Source of the DNA: Candidatus Niyogibacteria bacterium
GTDB taxonomy: Bacteria > Patescibacteriota > Minisyncoccia > HO2-45-28
Length of the DNA: 64,000 nucleotides
Direction: 5' to 3'
Assembly: GCA_016181935.1 (NCBI GenBank)
Contig: JACOYI010000003.1
Coordinates: forward strand, 35,741-99,740
How positions within the stretch are numbered: position 1 is the stretch's first letter; the number at the start of each line of letters is the position of its first letter. Below the pieces are notes generated by a model that was not told the DNA's origin, did not search any database, and saw only the letters and a program-made list of their open reading frames with translations. The position numbers and the translations under genes are program-made. Positions 1 through 9,515 of the stretch are shown here, one piece after another.

Positions 1-2
1 TA

Positions 3-1721
3 AGCGAAACAATAAAATTCATTGAGGTTTTTACGACGCGGCCCGATACGCTTTTTGGCGCGACGTACATTGCGATATCGCCGGAGCTTGCGAAATCATG
101 GCTCGATAGCGGATGGCAGGCGCCGGCCGACGTCGGCGCATTCATCGGGGAGTGCCTGAAAGCGCGCGAAGTTCCCCAGACGGACGAGGAACCCTCCTTC
201 GCTGAAGCTACGGCGGGCAAGGAGAAAACCGGCATTTTCACCGGCGTCTACGCCCTCAATCCCGCGAACCAAGAAAAAATTCCGGTCTGGGTCGCGAATT
301 ACGTGCTCGCGGGGTATGGCACCGGCGCCATCATGGCGGTGCCGGCGCACGACCGGCGTGATTTCGAATTCGCGAAAAAATACGGCCTGCCGATAAAAAT
401 CGTCATCTGTCCGCATTATCCCGAAAAAACCTGTCCGATGCTGGATGCGGCCTATGAAGGCGAGGGACATCTGGTGGGGTCGGGCGAATTCGACGGGGTG
501 CCGTCCGAGGAAGCGAAACGAAAAATTGCGGAGAAGATCGGCGCGACAATCAAAGTGAATTATCACCTGCGCGATTGGCTCATCAGCCGCCAGCGCTATT
601 GGGGGCCGCCGATTCCAATGATTTTTTGCGGTCCGCCAGTTGGCGGATGCGGCTGGCAACCGGTGCCGGAAGAGGATCTGCCGGTGCTCTTGCCCGACGT
701 AAAGGATTTCCATCCCACGGGAACCGATCAATCGCCGCTCGCGACCGTCGAGTCATTCGTAAAGACGAAATGCCCGAAGTGCGGGGGTGAGGCGCGTAGA
801 GAAACCGATGTGTCCGATACGTTTTTGGATTCGGCGTGGTATTTTTTCCGGTATCCGGATGTCAAAAACAAAAAAGAACCCTTCGGCAAGCTCGGGGCAA
901 AAACATGGCTACCCGTGGATATGTACATCGGCGGCGCGGAGCACGCGGTTCTGCATCTTCTCTACACGCGATTTATTACGAAAGTGTTCCATGACTGGGG
1001 GCTTGTTGATTTTGACGAACCCTTCAAAAAATTCCGCGCGCACGGATTGCTTATCAAGGACGGCGCCAAAATGTCGAAGTCGAAGGGGAACGTCGTGAAT
1101 CCGGATGACTATATCAAAAAATATGGCGCCGATGTGTTCCGGATGTATCTCATGTTTTTGGGCCCCTTTGAACAAGGCGGCGATTTTCGGGATGAGGGAA
1201 TTGCGGGGATTGCGCGATTTTTGGAGCGGGTGAAAAAACTCGCCAAAAAAGAATGGGGTGCCTCGGCGGACGAAACGATACTGCACCGGTCGGTCAAAAA
1301 GATCTCGGATGACATCGAGGGGCTGCATTACAATACGGCGATCGCTCAACTGATGATGTTGCTTTCCGCGTTGGAAAAGATGGAATGCGATAGAGCTAGT
1401 GTCAAGGTGTTTTTAAAACTCCTTGCGCCTTTCGCGCCCTTCATCGCAGAAGGGTTATGGCATAAGCTCGGCGAAAAAGAAAGCGTCCATCGTGCAGAAT
1501 GGCCAACATACGATGAATCAAAAACGCGGAGCGCGACCGCGACCATTGTTGTTCAAATCAACGGCAAGGTTCGCGACCGGTTTGAAGCAGAGACCGGAAC
1601 AGGGGACGTGGAATTAAAAGCGAAAGCGCTTGAACTTCCCAAGATCAAAAAACTCATCGGCGGCAAAGCGCCGGCGAATATCATCGTCATCAAAGACCGT
1701 CTCGTGAATATCGTTTTGTGA
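3..1721 (+). CDS. leuS: Leucyl-tRNA synthetase, 5'-truncated by the window edge
   Basis: Frame open from position 3 (IEVFTTRPDTLFGATY); motifs DWLISRQRYWG, DTFLDS, YIGGAEHA, KMSKS, IVVQINGKVR. Confidence 0.98.
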   Translation, partial: SETIKFIEVFTTRPDTLFGATYIAISPELAKSWLDSGWQAPADVGAFIGECLKAREVPQTDEEPSFAEATAGKEKTGIFTGVYALNPANQEKIPVWVANYVLAGYGTGAIMAVPAHDRRDFEFAKKYGLPIKIVICPHYPEKTCPMLDAAYEGEGHLVGSGEFDGVPSEEAKRKIAEKIGATIKVNYHLRDWLISRQRYWGPPIPMIFCGPPVGGCGWQPVPEEDLPVLLPDVKDFHPTGTDQSPLATVESFVKTKCPKCGGEARRETDVSDTFLDSAWYFFRYPDVKNKKEPFGKLGAKTWLPVDMYIGGAEHAVLHLLYTRFITKVFHDWGLVDFDEPFKKFRAHGLLIKDGAKMSKSKGNVVNPDDYIKKYGADVFRMYLMFLGPFEQGGDFRDEGIAGIARFLERVKKLAKKEWGASADETILHRSVKKISDDIEGLHYNTAIAQLMMLLSALEKMECDRASVKVFLKLLAPFAPFIAEGLWHKLGEKESVHRAEWPTYDESKTRSATATIVVQINGKVRDRFEAETGTGDVELKAKALELPKIKKLIGGKAPANIIVIKDRLVNIVL

Positions 1722-1782
1722 TTGCGCCGGCGCGACTTACGCGCTAGTGTGGAGAAAGATTTTTGACAAAGGAGGCGCCCCC

Positions 1783-2415
1783 ATGGCTTTACTCCGGCAA
1801 CTTCCCAACGCAATAACGCTTACCCGTCTCATCGGCGGGCCGGCGCTTGCGTATGTTTTTGCGAATGGAAGCGAGCGGCCGACCGCTTTTTTCACCGTAA
1901 TTTTCGTGTGGTTTTTCTGCCTCGTGGCGACGGATTGGCTGGACGGATTTCTTGCCCACTTGCTCGGAGCCCAAAGCCGGTTCGGCGCGATTCTCGATCC
2001 GCTTGCGGACAAGGCGCTGGCGTGGTCATTCCTCGGATTTTTCTTCTTCGGGACCCGCGTGTTCAACGCGTGGATGTTCGTGCCGCTCGGGATTCTCGCG
2101 ATTTTCGATCTGTATTCCACGATCCGCCGCTTCATTCAGCGCAAAGCCCCGGAAACGCATTTGCGCGCAAACTGGTTCGGAAAATGGAAGGCGGTGATGT
2201 CCTATCTCTCCATCGCCTGCCTGCTTTCGGCCACGATCGCCGTCTCGTTCCTGTATGAATTCTGGGACAGCGCTTCCGATGAAATGCTCATGGGCGCCGT
2301 GTTTGTTTCAAAGTTCAGTATGATGATGGCGCAGATTTCCATTGCCGCCGCCGCCCTGTTCGCCTTTTTTTCCACCCTTCTCGAAGGACTCCGCCGCGTT
2401 CCGGCCCAACACTAG
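1783..2415 (+). CDS. CDP-alcohol phosphatidyltransferase family membrane protein (PgsA-like)
   Basis: LPNAITLTR and TDWLDGFLAH-x6-FGAILDPLADK signature; AGGAGG upstream of ATG 1783. Confidence 0.85.
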   Translation: MALLRQLPNAITLTRLIGGPALAYVFANGSERPTAFFTVIFVWFFCLVATDWLDGFLAHLLGAQSRFGAILDPLADKALAWSFLGFFFFGTRVFNAWMFVPLGILAIFDLYSTIRRFIQRKAPETHLRANWFGKWKAVMSYLSIACLLSATIAVSFLYEFWDSASDEMLMGAVFVSKFSMMMAQISIAAAALFAFFSTLLEGLRRVPAQH

Positions 2416-2432
2416 AAAGTGTTGGGTTTTTT
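2405..2432 (+). terminator. Intrinsic terminator
   Basis: CCCAACACT-AGAA-AGTGTTGGG followed by T6. Confidence 0.75.
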
Positions 2433-2451
2433 GTTTATCCTCTGTCTATAT

Positions 2452-4308
2452 ATGTGCGGCATCGTGGGTTATATCGGCCGTCGGAACGCGGTCGAAATCG
2501 CGCTCAAAGGCCTGAAGCTCTTGGAATACCGCGGCTATGATTCTGCGGGCATCGCGTCTTGCGACGCGCGGGGCGTTGTGTTTCTCGAAAAATCACCGGG
2601 CAAGATCGCGTCCTTGGAACGCAAATTGAAGCATATCCCGCCCTCGATCCTGGCCATCGCGCACACGCGGTGGGCGACGCACGGAGAGCCGAATTTCGAA
2701 AATGCGCATCCGCATGCGGATTGCAAAAACGAAATTTTCATCGCGCATAACGGCATCATCGAAAATCACGAAACAATCCGCGCCGCCCTCACACAGGAGG
2801 GGCACCTGTTCCGCTCGCGGACCGATTCCGAGGTTGTTGCGCATTTGATCGAGCGCGAACGTGCGGGCGCTTCGACGCTCGAGGAAGCGGTCATGCGCGC
2901 GCTCGCGCATGTGGAGGGAACGTTCGGGCTCGCGGTGCTCTCGGCGCGGGAACCCAGAAAACTCATCGGCGCGCGCCGCGGCTCGCCGCTTCTGGTCGGT
3001 CTCGGAAAAAAGGAATATTTGCTCGCATCGGATGCGGCGGCCATCGTCGGCCGGACGCGCCGCGTGATCTATCTCGATGACAACGAAATGGCGGTATTCA
3101 CCCCGTCATCGAAAAAGATCCTCGCGATCTCGCAGTCCGCATCCGCCGCGCACAGGGAGGTCGAGAAAACCGTGCGCACCATCGACTGGACCGTGGAGGA
3201 TTCCCAGAAAGGCGGGTTCGGCTCTTTCATGGAAAAGGAGATCTTCGAGGCGCCGTTCGTCATCGAAAACGCCCTGCGGGGGCATGTGCTGGCAAAGGCG
3301 GGCGAGGTGAAATTCGGCGGACTCGATATGATGCGCGATCGTCTTTCGCAGATCAACCGCGTCATATTCGTCGGTTGCGGAACCTCGCATTATGCGAGCT
3401 TGGTGGGAAAATATTTTTTTGAAAAATTCGCGCGCCTGCCGGCCGAGTCGGTGCTGGCGTCCGAATTCCGGTATCAGCCGCCGGTCATGGATTCGAAGAC
3501 CGCCGTATTCGCCATTTCGCAATCGGGCGAGACCGCCGATACGCTCGAAGCCGTCCGTGAGGCAAAGCGCAGGGGCGCGCTGACGCTCGGCATCGTCAAT
3601 GTCGTCGGGTCGTCCATCGCGCGGGAGGTGCAAGCCGGTGTTTATAATCATGCAGGCCCCGAGATCGCCGTTGCGTCCACCAAGGCGTTCATTTCGCAGT
3701 TATGCGTATTGGCGCTATCGGCGATCTATTTCGGGCGGCTTCGCAAGACGCTTCCCGCATCGGAAGCATCGGGCATTCTCTCGGAGCTTTTGAGTTATCC
3801 GGCCCGTGCACGCCGTCTCTTAACGGATGCGCGGTCAAGCGTGGAGCAGGCGGCCGAAGCGTATCATACGGCGGAGCATTTTTTCTATTTGGGCCGGCGC
3901 TTTAACTGGCCGGTCGCGCTCGAAGGGGCGCTTAAACTGAAGGAAATTTCCTACATTCATGCGGAGGGATACGCGGCGGGGGAAATGAAGCACGGCCCGC
4001 TGGCATTGGTGAATGCCGGATTCCCCGCGTTCGTCGTCATCCCGCACGACAGCGTGTACGAAAAGACGGTCTCCAATATCCACGAATTGAAAGCGCGGGG
4101 CGCCAAGATCATTGCGTTGGCAACCGAAGGGGATGATGGAATCGCGAAACTCGCCGACCATGTGATTCCGTTACCGGCGCTCCGCGAGGAATTGTCGCCC
4201 ATTCTGTCGGTGATCCCGCTTCAGCTCTTCGCGCATCAGGCGGCGGTTTTACGGGGGCGCGACGTGGACCGGCCGCGCAACCTCGCCAAAAGCGTGACGG
4301 TGGAATAA
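2452..4308 (+). CDS. glmS: Glutamine-fructose-6-phosphate transaminase
   Basis: N-terminal MCGIVG, EYRGYDSAG, HTRWATHG, SQSGET, C-terminal PRNLAKSVTVE. Confidence 0.98.
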   Translation: MCGIVGYIGRRNAVEIALKGLKLLEYRGYDSAGIASCDARGVVFLEKSPGKIASLERKLKHIPPSILAIAHTRWATHGEPNFENAHPHADCKNEIFIAHNGIIENHETIRAALTQEGHLFRSRTDSEVVAHLIERERAGASTLEEAVMRALAHVEGTFGLAVLSAREPRKLIGARRGSPLLVGLGKKEYLLASDAAAIVGRTRRVIYLDDNEMAVFTPSSKKILAISQSASAAHREVEKTVRTIDWTVEDSQKGGFGSFMEKEIFEAPFVIENALRGHVLAKAGEVKFGGLDMMRDRLSQINRVIFVGCGTSHYASLVGKYFFEKFARLPAESVLASEFRYQPPVMDSKTAVFAISQSGETADTLEAVREAKRRGALTLGIVNVVGSSIAREVQAGVYNHAGPEIAVASTKAFISQLCVLALSAIYFGRLRKTLPASEASGILSELLSYPARARRLLTDARSSVEQAAEAYHTAEHFFYLGRRFNWPVALEGALKLKEISYIHAEGYAAGEMKHGPLALVNAGFPAFVVIPHDSVYEKTVSNIHELKARGAKIIALATEGDDGIAKLADHVIPLPALREELSPILSVIPLQLFAHQAAVLRGRDVDRPRNLAKSVTVE

Positions 4309-4338
4309 TGCTTGAAGTAAAAAACCCGCCGTGGCGGG

Positions 4339-4584
4339 TCAATTTTTGGGAAACAAACTTCGGAACGCGTTGCGGAGAAGATACAGACCGGCACAAAGCT
4401 GGATGAAGGTGAGTGCGTAGGCGACCTTAAAGAAAGAAGACGAGACGCCAACCCAGAAACTCGCATTGTGAGCTTGTTGTATCGAGCTAAAATTCTGAGC
4501 GGAACTGAAAAAAGCGGCGCCCGCAAACAGGAGAAAAACAACAAAGAAGAAAACACGTTTGAGCATCTGCATCGCGAGCTGCAT
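4339..4584 (-). CDS. Small hypothetical membrane protein (81 aa)
   Basis: GGAGGT upstream of ATG; two hydrophobic segments; fills the glmS-glyA gap. Confidence 0.55.
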   Translation of the reverse strand: MQLAMQMLKRVFFFVVFLLFAGAAFFSSAQNFSSIQQAHNASFWVGVSSSFFKVAYALTFIQLCAGLYLLRNAFRSLFPKN

Positions 4585-4669
4585 CAGCACCTCCCGTGGT
4601 TGAATGAGTCCGGGTTCATTAAACCATTTTTTGTTGAAAATACAAGCGGTATCGGGTATCGTGAGAGCC

Positions 4670-5890
4670 ATGAATGAGAAGGTGGTTCTAAAGTTAATAC
4701 GCGCCGAAGAGCGGCGGCAGGCCGGCGTCATCAATCTGATCGCGTCGGAGAATTACGTGTCGCGCGCGGTCCGCGCGGCGTCGGGTTCCATATTCACGAA
4801 CAAATATTCGGAGGGATACCCGGGAAAACGATATTACGCAGGCAACGAGATCGTGGATGAAGTCGAGCGGCTGGCGCAGGAACGCGCGCTCAAGCTTTTT
4901 GGCTTGAATCCCAAAAAATGGGGCGTGAATGTGCAGGCGCTTTCCGGCGTTCCCGCGAATGTTTTTGTGTACTCGGCGCTGGTCAAAAACGGCGACCTGA
5001 TGGCGGCGCAGGCGCTCGATCAGGGCGGCCATTTGTCGCATGGCTCTCCCGTAAGTTTAACCTCGCGATTCTGGAAATGGGTCCACTACGGGGTTTCGAA
5101 AGAAACCGAAACGCTGGATTATGACGGCATTACCGCTTTGCTCGAAAAAGAATTCCCCAAGCTGATCGTCGCGGGATTTTCGTCGTATCCGCGCCGCCTC
5201 GATTTCAAGCGGTTCCGGACGATCGCGGACGCGTGCGGCGCGTATCTGATGGCGGATATCGCGCATGTGGCGGGATTGGTCGCGGCCCGTGCCTATCCTT
5301 CGCCGTTTCCGTATGCGGATGTCGTGACCATGACCACGCATAAAACCCTGCGCGGGCCGAGAGGCGCGCTCATTTTTTTCAAAAAAGAATTGGAGGAAAA
5401 GATCAACAAAGCGGTTTTTCCCGGCGGGCAGGGCGGGCCGCATAACCACCAAACCGCCGCGATCGCGGTCGCGCTTGCGGAGGCAAAGAGTCCGGCGTTC
5501 AAAAAATACGCGCGCCAAACTGTCGCGAATGCACGCGTGCTTGCGCAGGAATTGCAAAAGAAGAGATGGCGCATCGTATCGGGCGGAACGGATAACCATT
5601 TGATGCTGGTGGATGTCTCCCGCGAAGGGCTTTCCGGCAAGGATGCAGAAAAATTGCTGGAGAGCGCGGGTATTATCGTGAACCGGAATGCGATCCCATT
5701 CGATGCGCGTCCTCCGTATAATCCTTCGGGCATCCGCATCGGGACGCCGGCAGTGACCACGCGGGGCATGAAAGGGGGCGATATGAAAAGGATCGCCGAA
5801 TGGCTCGATGGCGTCTTGCGCCGCGCATTAGAACCCGCCGTCGTGAAAGCGGAGATTCGCCGTTTTATCAAAAAATTCCCTCTGCCATGA
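4670..5890 (+). CDS. glyA: Serine hydroxymethyltransferase
   Basis: LIASENY, KYSEGYPGKRYY, TTHKTLRGPRG, GGTDNHL. Confidence 0.98.
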   Translation: MNEKVVLKLIRAEERRQAGVINLIASENYVSRAVRAASGSIFTNKYSEGYPGKRYYAGNEIVDEVERLAQERALKLFGLNPKKWGVNVQALSGVPANVFVYSALVKNGDLMAAQALDQGGHLSHGSPVSLTSRFWKWVHYGVSKETETLDYDGITALLEKEFPKLIVAGFSSYPRRLDFKRFRTIADACGAYLMADIAHVAGLVAARAYPSPFPYADVVTMTTHKTLRGPRGALIFFKKELEEKINKAVFPGGQGGPHNHQTAAIAVALAEAKSPAFKKYARQTVANARVLAQELQKKRWRIVSGGTDNHLMLVDVSREGLSGKDAEKLLESAGIIVNRNAIPFDARPPYNPSGIRIGTPAVTTRGMKGGDMKRIAEWLDGVLRRALEPAVVKAEIRRFIKKFPLP

Positions 5891-6741
5891 TCGTGGGCGG
5901 AAAGGCGATCGCGGAGGAAATTCGCTTTGAACTAAAAAACGAGATTCAGGCGCGAGAACACGCTCCGCGGCTGGATATTATTTTGGCGGGTGATGATCCG
6001 GCATCGGCCGCGTATGTGAAGCGCAAACAGGTATTTGGCAAATCCATCGGCGCAGAAGTCGTGGTCCACGAAACGTCGGAAGATGCTTATCCCGATTCAA
6101 TCGCGCTTATTGCATTCATAAAGGATATCGTTCAAAATCCCGCAACGGATGGGATCATCGTTCAACTTCCGTTGCCGGAATCACTGCGTACGCATACGCG
6201 GTCTGTTTTGGACGCAGTGCCGCCGGAAAAAGATGTTGATTGTCTTTCGTCGGGAGCACTCGAACGGTTTGCGTCGAGGGAGAGCGACATACGGCCGCCA
6301 TCGGTCGGCGTTGTGGATGAAATTTTCCGACGCCATTCCGTCGATATTCGAGGGAAAAAGATCGCGCTGGTCGGCGCTACGGGCGGGCTGGTGGGAAGGC
6401 CGCTTGCGCTCTGGTTTTCGTCGCGCGGCATTCCGTTTTCGGCGGTCAATACAAAAACGCCGCCCGTCCAAATGCGCGAAATTTTGAAAAACGCCGATAT
6501 CGTCATTTCGGGCGTCGGGAAAGCGGGTCTTATAACCGCGGACATGGTGAAGGCGGGCGTCATTGCGATCGATGCGGGGACATCGAGTTCGTTTGGCACA
6601 CTTCGTGGCGATATGGACCCCGCGATCGCTTTGAAAGCCGAATTATTCACGCCCGTACCGGGCGGTGTCGGTCCAATCACAGTCGCGATGCTTTTTCGGA
6701 ATCTGCTTGCGCTTGCAAATAAATCCAAGGGTAGTCCTTAG
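5887..6741 (+). CDS. folD: Methylenetetrahydrofolate dehydrogenase/cyclohydrolase
   Basis: GIIVQLPLP, KDVD, TPVPGGVGPITV; ATGA overlap with glyA. Confidence 0.95.
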   Translation: MIVGGKAIAEEIRFELKNEIQAREHAPRLDIILAGDDPASAAYVKRKQVFGKSIGAEVVVHETSEDAYPDSIALIAFIKDIVQNPATDGIIVQLPLPESLRTHTRSVLDAVPPEKDVDCLSSGALERFASRESDIRPPSVGVVDEIFRRHSVDIRGKKIALVGATGGLVGRPLALWFSSRGIPFSAVNTKTPPVQMREILKNADIVISGVGKAGLITADMVKAGVIAIDAGTSSSFGTLRGDMDPAIALKAELFTPVPGGVGPITVAMLFRNLLALANKSKGSP

Positions 6742-6763
6742 GAATCAGACAAGGACTACCCTT
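6727..6763. repeat. REP-like palindrome, family R, copy 1
   Basis: AAGGGTAGTCCT...AGGACTACCCTT, also at 22833, 48791 and 57750. Confidence 0.85.
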
Positions 6764-6804
6764 AAAAAAAGAATGGCCCGCCTGAAAGGCGAGGCCGTTT
6801 CTGA

Positions 6805-7533
6805 CTAAAAACTCCAATCTGTCGCGCCAACAGGGATACTCGTTTCGCGGTTTTGCATTCTCTTGTTTTCGAGAAACTCCTTTCCATGCCCGACATCGGT
6901 GTTGATCGGAACGCCGTCTTTGCAGAGCGGGCATTGATCGGGTGGCCACGACGGGATTTCTTTGGTGATGAGCGAGCCGATGGGGATGCCGAGTTTGCCG
7001 GGTGTCACTCCGCCGCGATTCCAAATGGTGAGGGCGAGCACGACTTCCCCGCCAACTTTTTGGACAGAGCGTTTCACCTTTTCAAGCGAACCGCCTTTTG
7101 TCGAAACATCGTCCACCAGAAGGATGCGTTTTCCCCGCACGAATTCCTCATGGCACTCCGCGACCGCGAAATCGTCTTTTCCGACTTTGTCCGTCCACGC
7201 GCATCGGATCGGCGAATCATCCGGATCCTTTTTCGGGCTGGGAAATCGGAGCTGGGAAAGCCAATAGGCAACGCCTTTTGCGAGATCATTGCCGCCCCGC
7301 GCCGGTCCGACCACGGTATCAATGGGGGCAGAAGGATCGACGCAGAAGGCGAACAAGCGGCACATTCTCCAGAATCTTTCCGGATTGGCAAAAAGTTTGC
7401 GCGCATTCACGTATTCATCCGCATGGTCTTTGCTTCGGAGAACGAAATGCCCATGAATAAGGGATTTCGTCACGGTCAGCAAAATCAGGGCCGATTCGCC
7501 GAACGCCGGTTTAACCGTGAAGAGTTGGGACAC
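6805..7533 (-). CDS. pyrE: Orotate phosphoribosyltransferase-like type I PRTase
   Basis: PRPP loop ILLVDDVSTKGGS, GHFVL, C-terminal CPLC; AAGGAGG before GTG 7533. Confidence 0.75.
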   Translation of the reverse strand: MSQLFTVKPAFGESALILLTVTKSLIHGHFVLRSKDHADEYVNARKLFANPERFWRMCRLFAFCVDPSAPIDTVVGPARGGNDLAKGVAYWLSQLRFPSPKKDPDDSPIRCAWTDKVGKDDFAVAECHEEFVRGKRILLVDDVSTKGGSLEKVKRSVQKVGGEVVLALTIWNRGGVTPGKLGIPIGSLITKEIPSWPPDQCPLCKDGVPINTDVGHGKEFLENKRMQNRETSIPVGATDWSF

Positions 7534-7568
7534 GGGTTTCCTCCTTATCAAAATCCTTCGAAAAAATA

Positions 7569-8240
7569 TTACCGCGATTTGATCTCCCAGTCAAGATGCA
7601 TCCGTGGAAGCATCATGCGGGGATTCCATAGTTTTTTGAGTTTTGAGAGTTCGTCCGAAATCTGATATTTGCCGTCCCGCGAATAATCCGTGCCCGAGAT
7701 CGGCTCCACTTCGTAAAAAACCATTTGCGCGATGCGGCGGCCGACGACAAGCGGGATCGTGAAATGCTGGGAATTGTTCGTCACTTCCATGGTCCAGCGG
7801 TTGAAATAGCCGACGTCGCCCCAGCCCGCATCTTTGCAGACCTCGATGAAATTGCGGCCGAGAGATGAACGCGCGTACATTTTACACACGGCATTGTACC
7901 GCCCGCCAATGAATTCCTGCGTATGCGCGAGAATGGTTTCGCCTGGGCGCAAAAGGATGATTTTATCGGCCGGCTTGATATTTGCGAAATTCAAATTCAG
8001 GCGCTTGGCGGTAATGCCGACTTTATCGGCGCGAAACGGCCCGCCCCAGATACGGTTGGTGGATGCTTCATCGTAGATATTGTGGATCGTATGCGCGCCT
8101 TCGGGATGGTGTTCGCGCCAGAACCAGTCTCCCAACGAAACATCGTAGCTCGTGGTTTTGAGTTTCTTGGGGTCAAAGGGATCAATGATGATGGTCCCTT
8201 TTTTCTTGTGTCTTAATATCGCATCACGCGAAAGAAGCAT
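7569..8240 (-). CDS. dcd: dCTP deaminase
   Basis: SYDVSLG, ARSSLGR, AGWGDVGY, RIAQMVF, GKYQ. Confidence 0.9.
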   Translation of the reverse strand: MLLSRDAILRHKKKGTIIIDPFDPKKLKTTSYDVSLGDWFWREHHPEGAHTIHNIYDEASTNRIWGGPFRADKVGITAKRLNLNFANIKPADKIILLRPGETILAHTQEFIGGRYNAVCKMYARSSLGRNFIEVCKDAGWGDVGYFNRWTMEVTNNSQHFTIPLVVGRRIAQMVFYEVEPISGTDYSRDGKYQISDELSKLKKLWNPRMMLPRMHLDWEIKSR

Positions 8241-8323
8241 AGGGCTACTATACGGTGGACAAAGAAAAATAAAAAGGGCAGCCGAACTTTTCGGCTGCCT
8301 CTCTAGAAATGCGCTCGCGGCGA

Positions 8324-8629
8324 CTAGCGAGCTCGCATGTTGTCGAAGTGATATCCGCAACAGCGGCAAACTGCGAGGACGCTATTTTTCACGAAATTCC
8401 TTGTCCTGCCGCACTTTGCGCATCGCTGCATTTGCACGATTTTGTATCGCGCCATCGGTTTTTTGCAACAAAAGACCAAATAGATCAGATGGGTCTTCTG
8501 TCCAAAAACCCCCATCATGGGTTCACGCCGCTCTTCGCCGACATTCTCCCATTTCGGGTCATGATAGAGACACATTCCGTGGGCGCATTGGATGTGCGCG
8601 GTTTTTTGGTTCGGATTGCTATGGTCCAT
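8324..8629 (-). CDS. Small Cys-rich hypothetical protein, possibly zinc-binding
   Basis: GGGAGG upstream; CAKC and CRCC motifs; downstream hairpin near 8276-8300. Confidence 0.55.
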   Translation of the reverse strand: MDHSNPNQKTAHIQCAHGMCLYHDPKWENVGEERREPMMGVFGQKTHLIYLVFCCKKPMARYKIVQMQRCAKCGRTRNFVKNSVLAVCRCCGYHFDNMRAR

Positions 8630-8719
8630 AGCAATACCTCCCTTGGGAAGGTTCACTTCGTGGCCACCCATTTTCTTGGGTGCCCCAGGCATCATAAAGC
8701 AAAGGTAAAAAAAATCAAG

Positions 8720-8737
8720 TGCCGCGGGCGGGGCTTG
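8720..8737 (-). pseudogene. Possible 3' fragment of a tRNA-Leu (T-arm to discriminator)
   Basis: Minus strand CAAGCCCCGCCCGCGGCA immediately after the endonuclease stop; short, so uncertain. Confidence 0.4.
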
Positions 8738-8738
8738 G

Positions 8739-9320
8739 TTAGGCCTTCCAATACTTTATTTCATCAACGAAACGGTGGACATTTTTAGAAAGGCGAATAG
8801 TGTGTTTTATCTTCTTATTTGATTGTTCTAGCTTTTGCATCGTTGGCGAATAGCCGATAGAGCGCATCATGGAAAATGCATCATGCGCCAAGGTTTCGCA
8901 TGTGTTCACAAAATTGATCATGGGATAGCCGCGATCATGGTATAGCGACCCATCGGTTTGTAATAATCCGCGCAAGCACTCTTTTGTATAGATGGCACGT
9001 TGTTTGATCCACGGCGGGACTGCGACATTCTGTTTGTCTTTCGGACCACCATCCCATCTCCATTCGAGAAGCTTGGGAAGATGGTTAGAGTAAACACTTA
9101 CATCTGCGCAAGATCGCTGATTGACGATATTCACGGAGTTATCCGGAAATAATCGCTGTAATGATTTGGCAATATGATGAAGTAGTTTTTTGTACCGTTT
9201 GTCGCAGGTTATGCGTAATCGCACAGCTCGTCCGTTGGGGTTGGAAAGATTGCCATCACCAAGAGCAAGACCTACAATATATGCTCTCAATTTTTTATCT
9301 CGGCTTACGAGTTTTTTCAC
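8739..9320 (-). CDS. Free-standing double-motif LAGLIDADG (DOD-type) homing endonuclease
   Basis: AYIVGLALGDG and CLRGLLQTDGS helices; AT-richer than neighbours; GTG start abuts the tRNA 3' end. Confidence 0.85.
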   Translation of the reverse strand: MKKLVSRDKKLRAYIVGLALGDGNLSNPNGRAVRLRITCDKRYKKLLHHIAKSLQRLFPDNSVNIVNQRSCADVSVYSNHLPKLLEWRWDGGPKDKQNVAVPPWIKQRAIYTKECLRGLLQTDGSLYHDRGYPMINFVNTCETLAHDAFSMMRSIGYSPTMQKLEQSNKKIKHTIRLSKNVHRFVDEIKYWKA

Positions 9321-9321
9321 G

Positions 9322-9404
9322 TGCCTAGGGGGAGAGTCGAACTCCCACGGGCTTTCGCCCAAAGGTTTTTGAGACCTTCGCGTATACCATTCCGCCACCT
9401 AGGC
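9322..9404 (-). tRNA. tRNA-Leu(CAA)
   Basis: GCCTAGG/CCTAGGC acceptor, AAGGT-CTCAAAA-ACCTT anticodon arm, variable arm GGGC-GAAA-GCCC, GTTCGAC T-loop. Confidence 0.96.
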
Positions 9405-9419
9405 AATTTTAGTATGAAA

Positions 9420-9435
9420 ATTCCACCACTCCAGC
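9420..9435 (-). pseudogene. 5' fragment of a second tRNA-Leu
   Basis: Minus strand GCTGGAG-TG-GTGGAAT parallels GCCTAGG-TG-GCGGAAT of the intact gene; TACAAT 9 nt upstream. Confidence 0.5.
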
Positions 9436-9515
9436 ATCGCCGTTATTGTATCGGAATATCGGAGTTTTATCCACCGTTTGTCAATTTGGTCGGGTCTGAT
9501 ACGCTGGATGTATCT

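Noticed and set aside
9321-9515. N-terminal extensions of the LAGLIDADG ORF (to 9398) and of parB (from 9321)
   Set aside because: They run through the tRNA-Leu gene; starts at 9320 and 9516 fit better.
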